From positions 2,310,001 to 2,342,000 of the forward strand of contig NZ_CP042905.2 of the NCBI RefSeq assembly GCF_008000775.2: a stretch of DNA of 32,000 bases, given 5' to 3'. Shown in pieces: positions 17,404-25,988 of the stretch. The notes below the pieces were generated by a model, which was given only the letters and a program-made list of their open reading frames with translations, did no database searches and was not told the DNA's origin. A program made the translations under genes and the position numbers. Source of the stretch: Promethearchaeum syntrophicum. Lineage in GTDB: Archaea; Asgardarchaeota; Lokiarchaeia; Sigyniarchaeales; Promethearchaeaceae. Within the stretch, counting starts at the first letter, position 1; the number at the start of each line of letters is the position of its first letter.

Positions 17404-18666
17404 ATGGAAAAAATAAACAGAAAAGATATCGAATCTACCTTTAATAATTTAATATCACCAAAATTGAAAGATTTAAATCTCGTTTTCGATTTTGAAAAGA
17501 AATTGACGGAAATAAAAAAAAAAGCAGATATTATAATTTACAAGAATCCACCCATCATCTTAGAAATAAAAATTTCTACCTCGTTCTCTATATTACAGTT
17601 TTTAAAATTTGATCTTATTCAATGGAAAAAATATAACAATGGATATTGCAAAATAATGTACATATTCCTTAATAATATTGATCTCAAGAAATCATACCTA
17701 AGTGAACAAAGATTTAAGAAATATATAACTGAACATCCCGAAATATCACATTTCATTGATGAATACATATTTTTAGAATATGACGAAAATGCAAATCTAT
17801 TAGAAAATATTGATTTGCAGGAAATAACTGATAAAATAAAAAAATTATTGGAATCAGATTTAGTAATCACCCCAATTATCGATAAAATGAATTCTTATAA
17901 TATTGGTTTTGATTCACAAAAAAATCTCCCTTCAATTGAATATTTTGATGAGAACTCAATCGGATTATTTGAAATTTTATTAACATTCTTATATAGTAAG
18001 GCATCTCAAGAGAATCAAGAAAATATCAAGAGTAAATTTATTCGTTTAGAAAATGAAAATCCAAGCAATCAGCTCTTTTTGAATTCTTTTGAATACTTTT
18101 TTGAGAATGGTTTTAATAAAATGGATGAGACTCTCTTCATTTCGCTTTTTGATAAATTTCCAAGTAATTATTTTCAGAAATTTAGTAAAAATACGCAAGA
18201 TCCTGTATGTAATTTCTTTGCGAATTTAAAATCCACTTTAGAACCACTTTTTCCAAAAACACAAATCTGTACTAAAAAGTATAATTTAGTCGAAAAAAAA
18301 ATTGAATTAATAAAACATATATTGTCTCATACTAATTTTAATATTTTTTCTGATCAAATCAAACTAAAGGAACAAGATTCGATACTTTTATTAGATGATG
18401 GCAATTCAATAGTTATTTTCTGTATTTATCAAAGATTTGCAAATTTTGACTTCTATAGTAATTACTTATTTGCACGTTATGCAATTAAGTCGAAAAAATT
18501 CTATCCAATTATTTTTTATTGTGAATCCAGTGTCCTACATACAAAAAGGTATTATCGATTAAAAAATTCGAAATTAATTTCAATCAAAATAACAGAGTTT
18601 AAAAAAACAATAGACAATGTAAATAGAATTTTCAAACAAATTGGAGGATTAAATGTCGATGGTTGA
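17404..18666 (+). CDS. hypothetical protein with a possible N-terminal PD-(D/E)xK nuclease motif
   Basis: 420-aa ORF. KKADIIIYKNPPIILEIKIS fits a D...ExK nuclease core. No NTPase motif. The 3' end overlaps the next gene by 14 nt. Confidence 0.5.
   Translation: MEKINRKDIESTFNNLISPKLKDLNLVFDFEKKLTEIKKKADIIIYKNPPIILEIKISTSFSILQFLKFDLIQWKKYNNGYCKIMYIFLNNIDLKKSYLSEQRFKKYITEHPEISHFIDEYIFLEYDENANLLENIDLQEITDKIKKLLESDLVITPIIDKMNSYNIGFDSQKNLPSIEYFDENSIGLFEILLTFLYSKASQENQENIKSKFIRLENENPSNQLFLNSFEYFFENGFNKMDETLFISLFDKFPSNYFQKFSKNTQDPVCNFFANLKSTLEPLFPKTQICTKKYNLVEKKIELIKHILSHTNFNIFSDQIKLKEQDSILLLDDGNSIVIFCIYQRFANFDFYSNYLFARYAIKSKKFYPIIFYCESSVLHTKRYYRLKNSKLISIKITEFKKTIDNVNRIFKQIGGLNVDG
18643..18647 (+). 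promoter_or_regulatory. Shine-Dalgarno-like GGAGG for the coupled downstream gene
   Basis: ggagg lies 5 nt upstream of the ATG at 18653, inside the 3' end of the upstream ORF. Confidence 0.5.
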
Positions 18667-19606
18667 AGAAAATTTAACTCAAAATCAGAATGAAGGTTCA
18701 GAAATTGATGATGTTTCTAATGAACAATTAAACGACACAATTTTATCCGAATTAGATGAGGAACAAGAAGAGTATCAAGAATTAATTTTGGAACGAGAAA
18801 AAGAACAAGAAGAATTTGAGAAATCTGTTGAAGAGTTGAAAGAGGAATTAAAACCTTTAATAAATAATTTTTGCGAAATTTGTTCAAAGACAGATAAAAT
18901 TACATTTGAACAAGAAATCAAGCAAATTTACAAAGAATACGAAGCTAATCATTATAGTGCATTAGCATTATATTGTGGAAGGGTTTATGAATATATTATT
19001 TATCAGCTAGGTTGGAAAGTTTTACAAAATGCTATGTATTCAACAATGTTTGTTAATTCCGAACCAGAAAGAAAAAGAAGACATACTATAATAAATGAAA
19101 TCGAAGGCTATTTAACTATTAAAGCCTATGGTCATTCTAAAACAGATTATTCTCAATATTTTCGAATCTACGATGATAAAATTTATAGTATCCGAAATAA
19201 AGCAGCCCATCCAAAATATGATGGAAGTTTTAGTCTGATTTCTAAACGAGAAGCAGAAGAGGCAATTAAAACTTTGATTGAGGCGATATCATTTTTAAAT
19301 GAGAAATTTTATCAAGTTAAACAAATAGAAAAAGGAATAGAATTTGAAATTCGAGCAATTTTTGATAGGATAATGCCTTTTTTTAGTGGAACAATAGAGA
19401 TACAAGAAGAAATTTTGCATTTTAAAGAAAATGAAGATATAATAAAGGCATTTATTGAATTCTTTAAATTGATCATAATTGAAAAAAGTTGGAAATATCA
19501 GGCTGAATTTAATAAATTATTAAAAGAAAATGTAGATATTAGAGAATCATTAAAGATTTTAAAAAAAATATACAAGGATTTAAATTTAAAAAGTCTAGAT
19601 AATTAA
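18653..19606 (+). CDS. HEPN-like domain protein with an acidic coiled-coil N-terminus
   Basis: 317-aa ORF. RNKAAH (aa 181-186, nt 19193-19210) fits the HEPN Rx4-6H motif, in the context IYSIRNKAAHPKYDG...EAEEAIKTLIEAISFL. The N-terminal ~70 aa are E/Q-rich. Confidence 0.65.
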   Translation: MSMVEENLTQNQNEGSEIDDVSNEQLNDTILSELDEEQEEYQELILEREKEQEEFEKSVEELKEELKPLINNFCEICSKTDKITFEQEIKQIYKEYEANHYSALALYCGRVYEYIIYQLGWKVLQNAMYSTMFVNSEPERKRRHTIINEIEGYLTIKAYGHSKTDYSQYFRIYDDKIYSIRNKAAHPKYDGSFSLISKREAEEAIKTLIEAISFLNEKFYQVKQIEKGIEFEIRAIFDRIMPFFSGTIEIQEEILHFKENEDIIKAFIEFFKLIIIEKSWKYQAEFNKLLKENVDIRESLKILKKIYKDLNLKSLDN

Positions 19607-19785
19607 AAAATCTCAAACTATTATGGAAAAAACTTATCATACAATTCCAACCTTTCTTCCTCCGGAATCTTCCTGTATTACTTTAATAGATGGAGAAATA
19701 TATGAAAAAATCCTATTATCTTTAATTTCTTTTTGCATACTTGGTAGATAACAATTTCATTTGTTTAGATTTGTTTAGGGTTTTT

Positions 19786-21507
19786 TTATATATCTAAAAT
19801 TTTCTGAAATTGTTCTTTTATTAATTTTTCTCGCTCTCCGATAAAATTCTGAAAATTTGAAAAAGATAAATCTACATTAGGGATAAAATTTTGATTTTTA
19901 TAAATTATAATTTGCTCATTATCAAATGTATTATTAAGCCATGATAAGAAATCCTTATTAGATTTTTCTTCGTTCAATTTTCCAGACATTAGCTGCAGAT
20001 TACCGATTTTATCACATATTTTACGAAATATGTCAATATTTTCTTCCGAAATACCTAATTCTCTAAGTTTCTTCTTTTTAAAATAACTTTTAGGAAAAAT
20101 ATGATCTTGATGAAAATGATTTCTAAAATCTAAAGAGGGATAGAGAAGAGACAAAATAGTAAAAGTAAATCTTTGACCATATTTATTAGATAATAATTCA
20201 TCAATTTCATCATTAGTAAAAATTAAAGATTTAGGGGTTCCTCGAAAATGTTCAATCATTTCGTTAATTGGAAAATACTTAGGATTTTGTTGAATTATTG
20301 TTCTCATCGGTAGTAATACATTATCAGGCTGTCCACTAAACATTCTTTTTAAAAGCACAATAGCTAACCATTTCTGTATTATTTTTCGATCATTTTTGTA
20401 TAAATCAGATGAAAGGAAGGAACTAGAAAAATCATTAGTATAAATAAAATATGCTATTGGGATTATTGAATTATTTGAAGACAAGGTTTGAAAACTATAA
20501 CCTAAATTCGCAATTAGATTTATTGTGATTCTCAAAGTTTTTTTTATTTTATTCCAATTTTCTTCAATGGTTAACATATTATTTTTATTAAAATTATCAA
20601 CTTTAAACGCAATCTTGGGAAAATTACATAGCACCAAACACGTTTTTAAAATAAAATCTTTACTAAATTTAAAGCCATCCGGAATTTTATTGATTTCATC
20701 ATTAAAAGCTGATATCTGTTCACGAGCATCCAATTTTTCCCATTGAGCAGTCGCAATGGACAGTAATAAATCTGAATAGCTCAATATTGTCCCACCACTG
20801 TTAATTCTAATAAAAATATTTAATACTTTATCTAATTCTTGACTTTTCTCCATAAAATAATTAATATTTTCTTCAAAATTAATTCCTTCAAAAAGAGCAG
20901 ATAAGCGTTTATGAATTTTTTTATTTTCAAATAATCCATGAGATACTAAGTATGAAAAAACATCACCTAAATCTCCCATATCTAAAATTTTTCCCACCTT
21001 GAACCATCGTTCTTGTTCAGATTGAATTGATGCTTCTTTGGGAGTTAAAAATTGAAAATCATATTTCATATCGCTTTCTTGGGAATCTCTCATTAGATTA
21101 ATGTATAATATTTTTTTGGGAAAAGCTGTATCGTTAAACCAACGTTTTCTGGGTATTTTTTCTGCATAACTACCTTTTAATCCTAAATACAATGCTGTTA
21201 ATCTTTGTTGACCATCAAGAATAGCAATTAAATCATTATCTCCATAAATAGATGCTTTTTGATTATGTTTATTATCCCGTTCATGAAAGTTCCGTATAAA
21301 TTCATAAAATTGAAAATTATTTTTCTTTTCATTCGCGACTTCCCATAAAAGGAAAGAACCAATTGGATATTTTTGCATTATTGAATCAAATAATCTACAT
21401 ATTTGTTTTTTATTCCATACAAATTCCCTTTGAATTGCAGGAAGAATATAATTTTTCTTCTGTATTTTATTAATTACTTCTTTTATTGTAATTTTTGCAT
21501 GTGGCAT
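19786..21507 (-). CDS. DUF262 + DUF1524 (GmrSD-like) putative type IV modification-dependent restriction endonuclease
   Basis: 573-aa ORF. N-terminal ILPAIQREFVWNKKQ and LDGQQRLTALYLG are DUF262/ParB-like hallmarks. C-terminal HQDHIFPKS...GNLQLMSGKLNEEKSNK has a DUF1524 His-Me finger pattern. Confidence 0.85.
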   Translation of the reverse strand: MPHAKITIKEVINKIQKKNYILPAIQREFVWNKKQICRLFDSIMQKYPIGSFLLWEVANEKKNNFQFYEFIRNFHERDNKHNQKASIYGDNDLIAILDGQQRLTALYLGLKGSYAEKIPRKRWFNDTAFPKKILYINLMRDSQESDMKYDFQFLTPKEASIQSEQERWFKVGKILDMGDLGDVFSYLVSHGLFENKKIHKRLSALFEGINFEENINYFMEKSQELDKVLNIFIRINSGGTILSYSDLLLSIATAQWEKLDAREQISAFNDEINKIPDGFKFSKDFILKTCLVLCNFPKIAFKVDNFNKNNMLTIEENWNKIKKTLRITINLIANLGYSFQTLSSNNSIIPIAYFIYTNDFSSSFLSSDLYKNDRKIIQKWLAIVLLKRMFSGQPDNVLLPMRTIIQQNPKYFPINEMIEHFRGTPKSLIFTNDEIDELLSNKYGQRFTFTILSLLYPSLDFRNHFHQDHIFPKSYFKKKKLRELGISEENIDIFRKICDKIGNLQLMSGKLNEEKSNKDFLSWLNNTFDNEQIIIYKNQNFIPNVDLSFSNFQNFIGEREKLIKEQFQKILDI

Positions 21508-22303
21508 TATACTAAATTACTAATTTTAGACATTTATATGTTTTTTTCATATTAAAGCAATAAAAAATCTGATCTTTAGACATAACCTTTGATTTTTTTT
21601 CTTTTAAATTTCTAAGTTGTAAAGGTTTATAACTAAGCTATTCTGTTAGAAATACATTCTTTATCTATCTTTTTATCCCAATCAATTGCTTTTTCACAAA
21701 ATCAAACATTCTTTTCCAATACGAGAAAATTGCAATTCAATAGCAAGATATTTATTCATAAAAAGGGATGTAAAAAAATTTGTATCTTTAATTAATTCTG
21801 AATTTCTTCTTTTTGATTGCCCCCCCAATAAAATGCTTACAGATAGAAGGATATATCAATACATGGCAAGTCCTGAAAGACCAATTTTTTAGGTTTTTCA
21901 AATGAAAAATAATATCTGCAATTCAAAAAAAGGGTTTGGAACGAAATTGAAGTTTGAAAAATCAGAGTTAGAAACTAAATTTGAATTTAAAATTTCATGA
22001 TATAGGGGATTAGCTGAATTATTGAAAGGTTGTTAAGTCAGAGAAACTAAAATGCATGCAATCAAAGTTATAATTAATGAATTGCAGAAAAAAGAACAAG
22101 AAGAATTAGAAAGAATAAAAAACAAAAAAGCCTATTAAGATTTTTTTCTTGATTTTGTGCGAATTTTTCAATATTTAACAAAGAATATGTGGGACTTTTC
22201 ATTTTTTTTCAAAAAAACTTATAGGTATTTTCAACCCATAGAAAAGTAGTGAAAATTAAAGAAAAAGCTATAAATTTCGTCACTAAAAGTTGGTATTATA
22301 CTA

Positions 22304-23476
22304 ATGGTATATTTAGGTACCAAGAAGGAAGAGTTACCACCCTACATTTCAAACCTTATCTTTTTTAAATTGGAACCAGAGAAGAAAGCTTTTCAAAAAT
22401 CGATTTTAAAAATGATTTTTAATTTTGCAAGAATCACTAAAAGAAACATTTTTATTGATTATAGTTTGGAGGAGTTAGAGAGCTATATTAACGATTTCTT
22501 TGACAAATACATGAAATTTTTCAAAAAATATCAATCAATAGATAAACTAAGAAAGAATATGTATGCAAAAGTAAATAAAAAATTGAGCGAATTTATGTAC
22601 TTTAGAGAAATATTACTTATAAAAAGTGAAGCAGCAGCTTTACAAAAAATTGAAAAATCACAATCTATTGAATTTATTTCAGGAGATGAGTGTAAATTCT
22701 ATACAAATCATTTTAAGTCTTCAAAAGTAGGATATGTCACAACAATATCGATATGTAAAACTGATTCATTACCTAAGGAATTATTAAAATTTAAAAAACT
22801 TAATGAACTAATCCTTCCAGATTATAATTCTGAATCATTTCCTGATTGGATCGGGGAATTATCAACTTTAAAGCACTTAATTTCTCAGGATTGCAAAATT
22901 AAACATTTACCTCCTTCACTTGTTAATCTGAAAAAACTTGAAACTTTAAATTTAACACATAGTTCTATGGAAAATTTGCCTGATTTCATTGGTAAATTAG
23001 AAAATTTGAAATATATTAATTTTTCACATAGTAAAATCACATCTATCCCCCAAAGTTTTCAAGATTTAAAAAATTTAGAAAAGTTATATTTTGCATGTAC
23101 GGATATTAAGATTCTCCCTGAATTGATTGGAAATTTAGAAAACTTGGTTGAATTATCTGGGAATTTTGAAATTTTACCAGAATCTATTGGTAATTTAACA
23201 AATTTGAAAAAATTCCACTCTTCAAATATAAAAAATATCCCAAAATCCTTTTTAAATTTAAAGAATTTAAAAGAAGGCTTAATATTTATATCCCTTGATA
23301 CAGATTTATCACCAGAAATGATTGAGTTTCTAGAAAAATTAAAAATTAAAGATTGTATTGTATTATATTCAGAAAAATGCTATGATGATTTTTATAATAA
23401 TACTTGGGTGAGTAAGAATGGTGGAAAAACAAAAGAAAAATTATCTAGTGTTGCAAAATTTATCAAAGAAAAATAG
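22304..23476 (+). CDS. leucine-rich repeat protein with an unknown ~105-aa N-terminal region
   Basis: 390-aa ORF. LRRs include FPDWIGELSTLKHLISQDCKIKHLPPSLVNLKKLETLNLTHSSMENLPDFIGKLENLKYINFSHSKITSIPQSFQDLKNLEKL. Confidence 0.85.
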   Translation: MVYLGTKKEELPPYISNLIFFKLEPEKKAFQKSILKMIFNFARITKRNIFIDYSLEELESYINDFFDKYMKFFKKYQSIDKLRKNMYAKVNKKLSEFMYFREILLIKSEAAALQKIEKSQSIEFISGDECKFYTNHFKSSKVGYVTTISICKTDSLPKELLKFKKLNELILPDYNSESFPDWIGELSTLKHLISQDCKIKHLPPSLVNLKKLETLNLTHSSMENLPDFIGKLENLKYINFSHSKITSIPQSFQDLKNLEKLYFACTDIKILPELIGNLENLVELSGNFEILPESIGNLTNLKKFHSSNIKNIPKSFLNLKNLKEGLIFISLDTDLSPEMIEFLEKLKIKDCIVLYSEKCYDDFYNNTWVSKNGGKTKEKLSSVAKFIKEK

Positions 23477-23733
23477 AATCTATAACTGGGATTAAGATTG
23501 ATAAAGTTTACCTTGATCGTACAATTAAAAGAAATAATGTACTAATCCAAGAAATTAAGAGAAAAAATTCCTTGTGAATGAAGATCACATTCACTTCTAA
23601 CCCCCAATCTTTTTTCCAATCGCTTTATCTAATTCTTCAGCCAAAATTAATACATCCTTGCCTAATAATCCCAAATTCTTCAGATATCCTACCCGTCGAA
23701 GAAGATTTCTTGTACGTCGTAAATCTTTGAGTT

Positions 23734-25035
23734 CTAAAACATTGAATCCGATTTCAGACATATACTTGGATAAGGAGCTTCTGGGGCGAATGATGTCTTA
23801 TCTCGTAGAGATGCGTAGGTAATTTTTGCAATCTTGCCTGCTATAATACAATATGCAAGTTTTTTAGATCGATCTCCTTTTCGGGCGAGAATGCGGTTTG
23901 TATACGCTTTTAGATCGGATTCATGTTTTAGAAAATTACAAACCACTACTGCCGCATTATAAAAGAGTGTGCGTAAGAATTTGTTAGAATGTCGATTTGT
24001 GTGCGCATGATAGATCTTTCCTGCTGAACTTACTACATTTGGGCAACATCCACAATACGAACGAAAATGTCGCCAAGATGGAAAATAGGATATTGAACCA
24101 ATCTCGGCTAAAATCCAAACTGCCGAAAATGAGGAGATACCTGGGATTGTAGATAATTGATGTGCTTGTTGCCTAAGACCTGGACAATCTAAAAGTAGTT
24201 TATCTACTTCCAAAGCAAGAATGGTTTTACGGCTGGTTTTAAAATCTAAATCAATCAAATGTTGTCGAATTAGTGCTCGTTGTACAGAAGTAAGGGATAA
24301 TTCGTAAAATGACTCAAATTTGGCTTCATTTTTAACCAAACTATTTCGATGTTTTAATAAAACATTAGGATTTTGCATAAAATCTTGAGTGAATTGTCCT
24401 AATGTCTTTGATTGCTGAATAAACCCATAAAGGAAATATTTGGTCCATTCATGATTCAAATTTAATCCGCGAGGACGAATGCCTGCACGATCCAACGTTT
24501 TTCGAATTCGATTCTTTAGCATTGTACGATCTTTTTCTAGTTTTATGGCCATTCGGAAGATTGCTTTGAGATCTTCAAGAATAAAAATAATTTTCTTACC
24601 ATTTTTAAGGAGGCCATTAGCGACGTACTTTGCAAGTTTGATGGCATCAATCTTATCGTGTTTTGCAGTACCTGGAATTCCCGCAGCGTCTGCTGGATTT
24701 GAAACAACTATGTCATAAGACCAACTCGAATCAAGCCGTTTTCTTTCTAAAAATTGAACAACGGCATGATGATAGATTCCTGTAGATTCCATCGCAAATG
24801 CTACAGGGCGATATTTTTTTACAAATCCAAAAAGTTGTCTTAATCCATCTTGATCCGTTTGAAAAATACTGGTTTTTATAAAATCTCTGTTAGTTCGGTC
24901 TCTTGCATAGATACAAGCAGTAATTTCATGTTTATGCACATCCATCCCACAATAATAAATCACTCTTGTGAGATCTTCCGAAAATTTAAACGGTTTCTTT
25001 TCCATAATATACTCACCCTTCAAGGGACCAAACAC
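23734..25035 (-). CDS. IS110-family (DEDD) transposase
   Basis: 433-aa ORF. N-terminal CGMDVHKHE...ESTGIYHH is RuvC-like DEDD. C-terminal PGISSFSAVWILAEIGSISYF...FRSYCGCCPNVVSSAGK...NKFLRTLFYNAA is Transposase_20-like. The true start may be the second Met (ATG at 25005-25003). Confidence 0.9.
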   Translation of the reverse strand: MFGPLKGEYIMEKKPFKFSEDLTRVIYYCGMDVHKHEITACIYARDRTNRDFIKTSIFQTDQDGLRQLFGFVKKYRPVAFAMESTGIYHHAVVQFLERKRLDSSWSYDIVVSNPADAAGIPGTAKHDKIDAIKLAKYVANGLLKNGKKIIFILEDLKAIFRMAIKLEKDRTMLKNRIRKTLDRAGIRPRGLNLNHEWTKYFLYGFIQQSKTLGQFTQDFMQNPNVLLKHRNSLVKNEAKFESFYELSLTSVQRALIRQHLIDLDFKTSRKTILALEVDKLLLDCPGLRQQAHQLSTIPGISSFSAVWILAEIGSISYFPSWRHFRSYCGCCPNVVSSAGKIYHAHTNRHSNKFLRTLFYNAAVVVCNFLKHESDLKAYTNRILARKGDRSKKLAYCIIAGKIAKITYASLRDKTSFAPEAPYPSICLKSDSMF

Positions 25036-25348
25036 GATAGCCTCCGCTGATTAAGGATTTTCAGGCTGTAACTGATATTCTTCCTCCTCATGACGAGACT
25101 CTTCAGAGACCATTGTGTTTGGGTTACTCCATGATGCATGGAGGGTATATTCCAAACATACAGACGACATATCTGGGCCTTTCTCAAGTTTTATCTAGAG
25201 GTTTGCTCATATTGAGCCTCCTAGGGGTTTCTAAGCTGGAAGAGTTTCAACTCAGTCGTCGTCCAACTAATTTTTTCTCAAGATTTCAACTTTTGATAAG
25301 TTGTACCAAAAATGATACCTAGCTTGAGTATGATGGAATATGTCTAAG
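25036..25348 (-). ncRNA. candidate IS110 bridge/seek RNA in the 5' non-coding arm
   Basis: A ~310-nt GC-richer non-coding arm lies upstream of the transposase. It contains a perfect hairpin ctccatg-atg-catggag (25127-25143) and other imperfect stems. The location matches where IS110-group elements encode their guide RNA. No covariance model was run. Confidence 0.3.
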
Positions 25349-25489
25349 AAGATCCACATTGATTCTCTTGGATTTTACGGTACAATAAAGGAACTCGGAA
25401 AAAAAGATAAAAATAAAATATGAAAGATATCAGAATTCTTTTATAATCCTAATAATAATTCTTGAATGGAAAGTTATCATCTAAATATC

Positions 25490-25984
25490 TTATTTATATA
25501 AATTAGAATTTATTAGATTTCTTTTTGTATTTCCAAAAATTCGGACAATTGAATCCATCCATCCCATTGTAATACATTCTTTAATTGAAATTGTTTTAAA
25601 TTCCTCTTTATTTTTTTTATTTATCTTTGTTGGCATTCTATCTATTTCATGAACTGATACCCAATACCATGTATAATACCCGCTTTCTTTAGTAGTTATT
25701 GCAAGCCATACTTCTAAATCATATGATTTAGCAAATTTTAATAATTTCTGAAATTCGTTGATTCCAATAGTAAAATTTCCATATTTCGTATAAATTCGTT
25801 TTAATTTAACATCAACATAAATATCTCTCTGATAAGGAAGCTGAATAACAAAATCTGGGCGTTTAATTATCATAGAAAAGGATTCTGCAAACGTTTCTGG
25901 ACTTTGATCAATAAAATACCATGAAGTTTTTTGATGATTTAACCAATTTTTAAATTTTTCCTCGCTAAGAGTCAAGTTTTGCAT
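25490..25984 (-). CDS. PD-(D/E)xK-like nuclease fold protein
   Basis: 164-aa ORF. KRPDFVIQLPYQRDIYVDVKLK fits a PD...(D/E)xK core. The start is 4 nt after the upstream stop. GGAGG (minus strand, plus 25996-26000) lies 11 nt upstream of the ATG. Confidence 0.55.
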   Translation of the reverse strand: MQNLTLSEEKFKNWLNHQKTSWYFIDQSPETFAESFSMIIKRPDFVIQLPYQRDIYVDVKLKRIYTKYGNFTIGINEFQKLLKFAKSYDLEVWLAITTKESGYYTWYWVSVHEIDRMPTKINKKNKEEFKTISIKECITMGWMDSIVRIFGNTKRNLINSNLYK

Positions 25985-25988
25985 TTTA

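Larger units (their letters stand above)
23581..25365 (-). mobile_element. IS110-family insertion sequence (boundaries approximate)
   Basis: Contains the DEDD transposase below. G+C is visibly higher: sampled lines give 43% at 24001-24060 and 47% at 25201-25260, against 18-33% in neighbouring genes. Imperfect direct repeats AAGATCACATTCACTTC (23581-23597) and AAGATCCACATTGATTC (25349-25365) coincide with the composition shift. Confidence 0.65.

Noticed and set aside
19624-19752. 42-codon plus-strand ORF (MEKTYHTIPTFLPPESSCITLIDGEIYEKILLSLISFCILGR) between the convergent HEPN and GmrSD-like genes
   Set aside because: It is short and has no motif or RBS. The region is more simply a convergent terminator zone: a tandem TTGTTTAG repeat at 19761-19780 followed by a T7 run.
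21686-21892. 68-aa ORF in the long intergenic region
   Set aside because: No motif, no convincing promoter or RBS context, and a biased composition. I kept it only as part of the note on the long non-coding region.
25113-25322. 69-aa plus-strand ORF in the IS110 5' arm
   Set aside because: It lies opposite to the transposase in the non-coding arm where IS110 elements carry structured RNA. It has no protein-like features, so I treated the region as an ncRNA candidate instead.
23594-25490. IS110 insertion disrupting a host gene on the minus strand. Joining the flanks at the shared TCAATGT gives an in-frame read ...KSKRINVLELKDLRR...
   Set aside because: The reconstructed frame has no start codon: a TGA lies shortly upstream, followed by only Phe/Ile-rich codons. 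The left copy of the motif also sits inside the transposase CDS. In-frame continuity has a one-in-three chance expectation.
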